Below, piece by piece: positions 7,121-9,652 of a stretch of DNA of 9,652 nt. The translations under genes were made by a program, and so were the position numbers. A model generated the notes under the pieces. The model was not told the origin of the DNA. It did not search any database and saw only the letters and a program-made list of their open reading frames with translations. Origin of the DNA: an uncultured archaeon (lineage in GTDB: Archaea > Asgardarchaeota > Thorarchaeia > Thorarchaeales > Thorarchaeaceae); the NCBI GenBank assembly GCA_964354495.1, contig CAYHAA010000037.1, forward strand, positions 1 through 9,652, in the 5' to 3' direction. Each line of letters opens with the position of its first letter. The stretch's first letter is position 1.

Positions 7121-8092
7121 ATGACAATCAACACGAACTCTGGCAAAAAGAAGAGTAAGTCAGAGAAGGTGCGATCAACTCCTTATATTCCACATCTTGC
7201 CGAGTTCTATTTTGAACCGACCTTTGATTGGACCTATGAGGAGGCAAAGCTGCTCTTTGCCAGCAAGACTCACGCGCTTAAGGAGTTTGAACAGGACACT
7301 GTGTTGTTCATGGAATGCATAGAGGGCATGAAGCAACTACCGGAGTCATCAGTTGATCTGGTCATTGCTGACCCTCCTTTTGGAATCGCTTTCGATGGGA
7401 AGAGCAGTGTCTACAATCGTGATGAGTCCCTCGTGGTTGGTGGCTACACAGAGGCTCAGGGGTCTTACGACGAGTTCACTAGGCAATGGATGGGCCAACT
7501 ACCTCGAATAATGAAAAATGATGCCTCCGCCTACGTATTCAGTGGGTGGACTAATCTTGGAGCTATTCTGGCTGGTGCAGAAGAGGCTGGCCTCGTAACA
7601 TTGAACCATCTAATCTGGCACTATTCCTTTGGGGTCTATACAAAACGAAGGTTCGTGACAAGTCACTATCATATTGTGCTGCTCGTCAAAGACACTAGTA
7701 GCCACTTCTTCAACAAGATAGAGAACTATCCCGAGGATGTGTGGATTGTGAACCGCAAGTACAGAGCTGGACTTGCAAAGAATGGCACCAAGCTTCCACT
7801 CGATGTTGTTGCTCGCTGTATCGACTTCTCCTCAAGGCCTGGTGACCTCGTGTTGGATCCCTTCATGGGAAATGGTACAACTGCCGTCGCAGCAAAGTCC
7901 GCATTTCGGCACTTTTTGGGATTCGAAGTCAATAAGAGGCTGAAGCCGCTTCTTAGGCGTGAGATAAGTTCAGTGAAACCTGGCCAATCATACAAGCCCT
8001 ATAGAGAACGTCTTCCAACACTTGATGAATTGGCAGAGCTCCATCCGCGTGCCTATCAAGAATATCAACAGAGAGCAGGAAAGAAATACTGA
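7121..8092 (+). CDS. Site-specific DNA methyltransferase (N4-C or N6-A), beta class
   Basis: Catalytic motif IV (LVIADPPFG) precedes SAM-binding motif I (LVLDPFMGNGTTAVAA), which is the beta order. Start moved to the ATG at 7121, with GGAG at 7111-7114 (323 aa). Confidence 0.92.
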   Translation: MTINTNSGKKKSKSEKVRSTPYIPHLAEFYFEPTFDWTYEEAKLLFASKTHALKEFEQDTVLFMECIEGMKQLPESSVDLVIADPPFGIAFDGKSSVYNRDESLVVGGYTEAQGSYDEFTRQWMGQLPRIMKNDASAYVFSGWTNLGAILAGAEEAGLVTLNHLIWHYSFGVYTKRRFVTSHYHIVLLVKDTSSHFFNKIENYPEDVWIVNRKYRAGLAKNGTKLPLDVVARCIDFSSRPGDLVLDPFMGNGTTAVAAKSAFRHFLGFEVNKRLKPLLRREISSVKPGQSYKPYRERLPTLDELAELHPRAYQEYQQRAGKKY

Positions 8093-8121
8093 CTCATGCA
8101 ACTAGAAGATGTGACTGAAGA

Positions 8122-9561
8122 ATGGACCCTGAAGATTTGCTTGCTGAACATGGTTCCGCCTTTGATAGGCTTGCAGATGCCTCCAGTTCAAGCGACATCT
8201 TCAGCAGACAATTCGGGACAGAGTTAGCCAAGTGGGAGTTCGCATTCTTCCAGAGATTCTGTGAACGCCTCAAGGGGCAAAGGCTCCTGTATCGTGGATT
8301 TGTACGGCACACCCGTGACACATCATTGATTCTCTTGACCCCCAGTCCTTGGTTGCTTGAGGGTGAGTTTGTGTTCTTTGAGCGAGACCAGAATTTGCCT
8401 GATGATGGTGCCTATGTCGAAGTGACGGGCAGAAGAGTGGCCGCTCCGACTGTTCTCCAGCACTCACAGACTGTGCTTCGCGCCATAACCGCAGAATCGT
8501 GTCAAGAACTCCCGATAGACTTTTCCTCCCAGATTGCGCCCCCATTGAGTCTCGCTGAGCTCTCAAGGATGCTGTTCGAGCGAGTGGGGATGGCCGAGGC
8601 AAGCAAACGAGTCTTTGCCAGGCTCTTTGTTTCCAGCCCCCCCTATCAGACAGCTGTTGGAGGCCTGACTACAGGTATTCAGGCCATTGCCTCTATGGCT
8701 GAAGTGCATAGATTCCTGTCATTCATAAGAGGAGTTCTCCCGCCAACCATGAGGAACAGGAAGACCTCCGTACAGGATGTACGTGGAATCAGGGTTCCTA
8801 CACCACGAATGTTCAGGATCGATATCGGCTCACTACCAAGGTCAAGACTGGAACGAATCTGCATTGAGCGTAGAGACCCGTCTGGCTTCAGAGAGGTCTC
8901 AGTGGGCACGATGACGGAACCAGAGACCGCTGCATTACCAGATATCCCGCTCGCGCTTGCGTCCGAGGACTTTTGGATTGAGACGGGAAACCCCGCAGAA
9001 CTTCAACTGCCAATCTTGAAGTCAGCAATTACCTATCAGCTGTTGACTCCAGTGGTATCACAGCGTAGTATTGACACCGGCACAAAGCATGTACTGTCAA
9101 GACTAGAAGCACTACAGGAGAGCTTCGAGCTAGGAGAGAGTGCGCTCACTCGAGGAAAGGTGCTAGATGCCGATTCGCTAGGTAGACCGATGACAGCGCT
9201 GAAAATTGCGCGTTCAACAGCACGAGCATCTTGGAATGACAAAGTCACTGCAAGTGAAATCAAGCAGTCTTGGGACAGGGTCGTTGAACCCGCACTGAAG
9301 GAGTTCATAGAAATAGCTGAGGTCAAGAGGAAATCAGAAGAGGACTGGGGAAAAAGGAGTCGCATTGACAAATTCAATACAAAGGTCCTGAAAGCTATTC
9401 GGCAGCTGGATACTGGGAAACGGGGCGATCTTGGCCCGACCCTAAATGAGATCGCTCAAGAAGCAGGTGTTGAACGCTATGTTGCTGCAGAGAACCTGGT
9501 GCGGATGAAGGATAGCGGGGTGCTCTATGAACCGCGACCAGGTCACTACAGACTTGTGTAA
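8122..9561 (+). CDS. Hypothetical protein; probable degenerate (ATPase-dead) MCM-family paralogue with a C-terminal winged helix
   Basis: 479 aa, and the CDS itself is clear. MCM-like segments occur in the correct order: LPDDGAYVEVTG (OB fold), VGMAEASKRVFARLF, FLSFIRGVLP, LKSAITYQLLTP, RPMTALKIARSTARASWNDKVT, GVLYEPRPGHYRLV*. There is no GxxGxxKS, no Walker B DE and no Zn-finger cysteine pairs. Family assignment is by eye. Confidence 0.65.
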   Translation: MDPEDLLAEHGSAFDRLADASSSSDIFSRQFGTELAKWEFAFFQRFCERLKGQRLLYRGFVRHTRDTSLILLTPSPWLLEGEFVFFERDQNLPDDGAYVEVTGRRVAAPTVLQHSQTVLRAITAESCQELPIDFSSQIAPPLSLAELSRMLFERVGMAEASKRVFARLFVSSPPYQTAVGGLTTGIQAIASMAEVHRFLSFIRGVLPPTMRNRKTSVQDVRGIRVPTPRMFRIDIGSLPRSRLERICIERRDPSGFREVSVGTMTEPETAALPDIPLALASEDFWIETGNPAELQLPILKSAITYQLLTPVVSQRSIDTGTKHVLSRLEALQESFELGESALTRGKVLDADSLGRPMTALKIARSTARASWNDKVTASEIKQSWDRVVEPALKEFIEIAEVKRKSEEDWGKRSRIDKFNTKVLKAIRQLDTGKRGDLGPTLNEIAQEAGVERYVAAENLVRMKDSGVLYEPRPGHYRLV

Positions 9562-9563
9562 TC

Positions 9564-9652
9564 CTATGGAAATGCCTTGTAGAACTCCTGTGGTTCCTCG
9601 CCCTCTTCGACTATCTCAATCTCTTGCACACCTACGCGTTCAGCATCGTATC
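9564..9652 (-). CDS. Gelsolin-repeat protein (Asgard gelsolin-like), 3' end only; runs off the window edge
   Basis: Minus-strand translation of 9650-9564 gives YDAERVGVQEIEIVEEGEEPQEFYKAFP*. It aligns without gaps to the end of gelsolin segment 2 as recalled ([26 protein letters not shown]) and carries the EGxEPxxF repeat-end motif. Only 28 aa are visible. Absent from the ORF track. Confidence 0.82.
   Translation of the reverse strand, partial: YDAERVGVQEIEIVEEGEEPQEFYKAFP

Noticed and set aside
8122-9561. Reading this ORF as the cognate restriction endonuclease of the methyltransferase
   Set aside because: No convincing PD-(D/E)xK, HNH, GIY-YIG or PLD motif, whereas several ordered MCM-like segments are present. 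Not fully excluded, because restriction endonucleases are highly divergent.
1-9652. CRISPR arrays, tRNA/rRNA genes, IS elements, integrases, tandem repeats
   Set aside because: None seen. The window is almost fully occupied by protein-coding genes, with no repeat-spacer periodicity and no terminal inverted repeats.

Overview
Gene-dense, intron-free prokaryotic window, inferred to come from an Asgard archaeon (possibly Thorarchaeia). The ORF track missed both edges. Bases 1-107 (+) encode the C-terminus of a eukaryote-like actin ([34 protein letters not shown]). Bases 9564-9652 (-) encode the C-terminus of a gelsolin-repeat protein (YDAERVGVQEIEIVEEGEEPQEFYKAFP*). Between them, in order: arsB (+); a DUF362 protein with a C-terminal winged-helix-like tail (-); a zinc-ribbon/disordered/coiled-coil protein (-); an AbgB-like M20 amidohydrolase (-); an HTH + Cys-rich + 2x[4Fe-4S] protein (+); a beta-class amino DNA methyltransferase with no recognisable endonuclease partner (+); and a 479-aa protein (+) that by eye looks like a catalytically dead MCM paralogue. 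The methyltransferase plus pseudo-MCM pair is the best candidate for an undescribed system. All homology calls come from motif reading and remembered family sequences; no database search was run.
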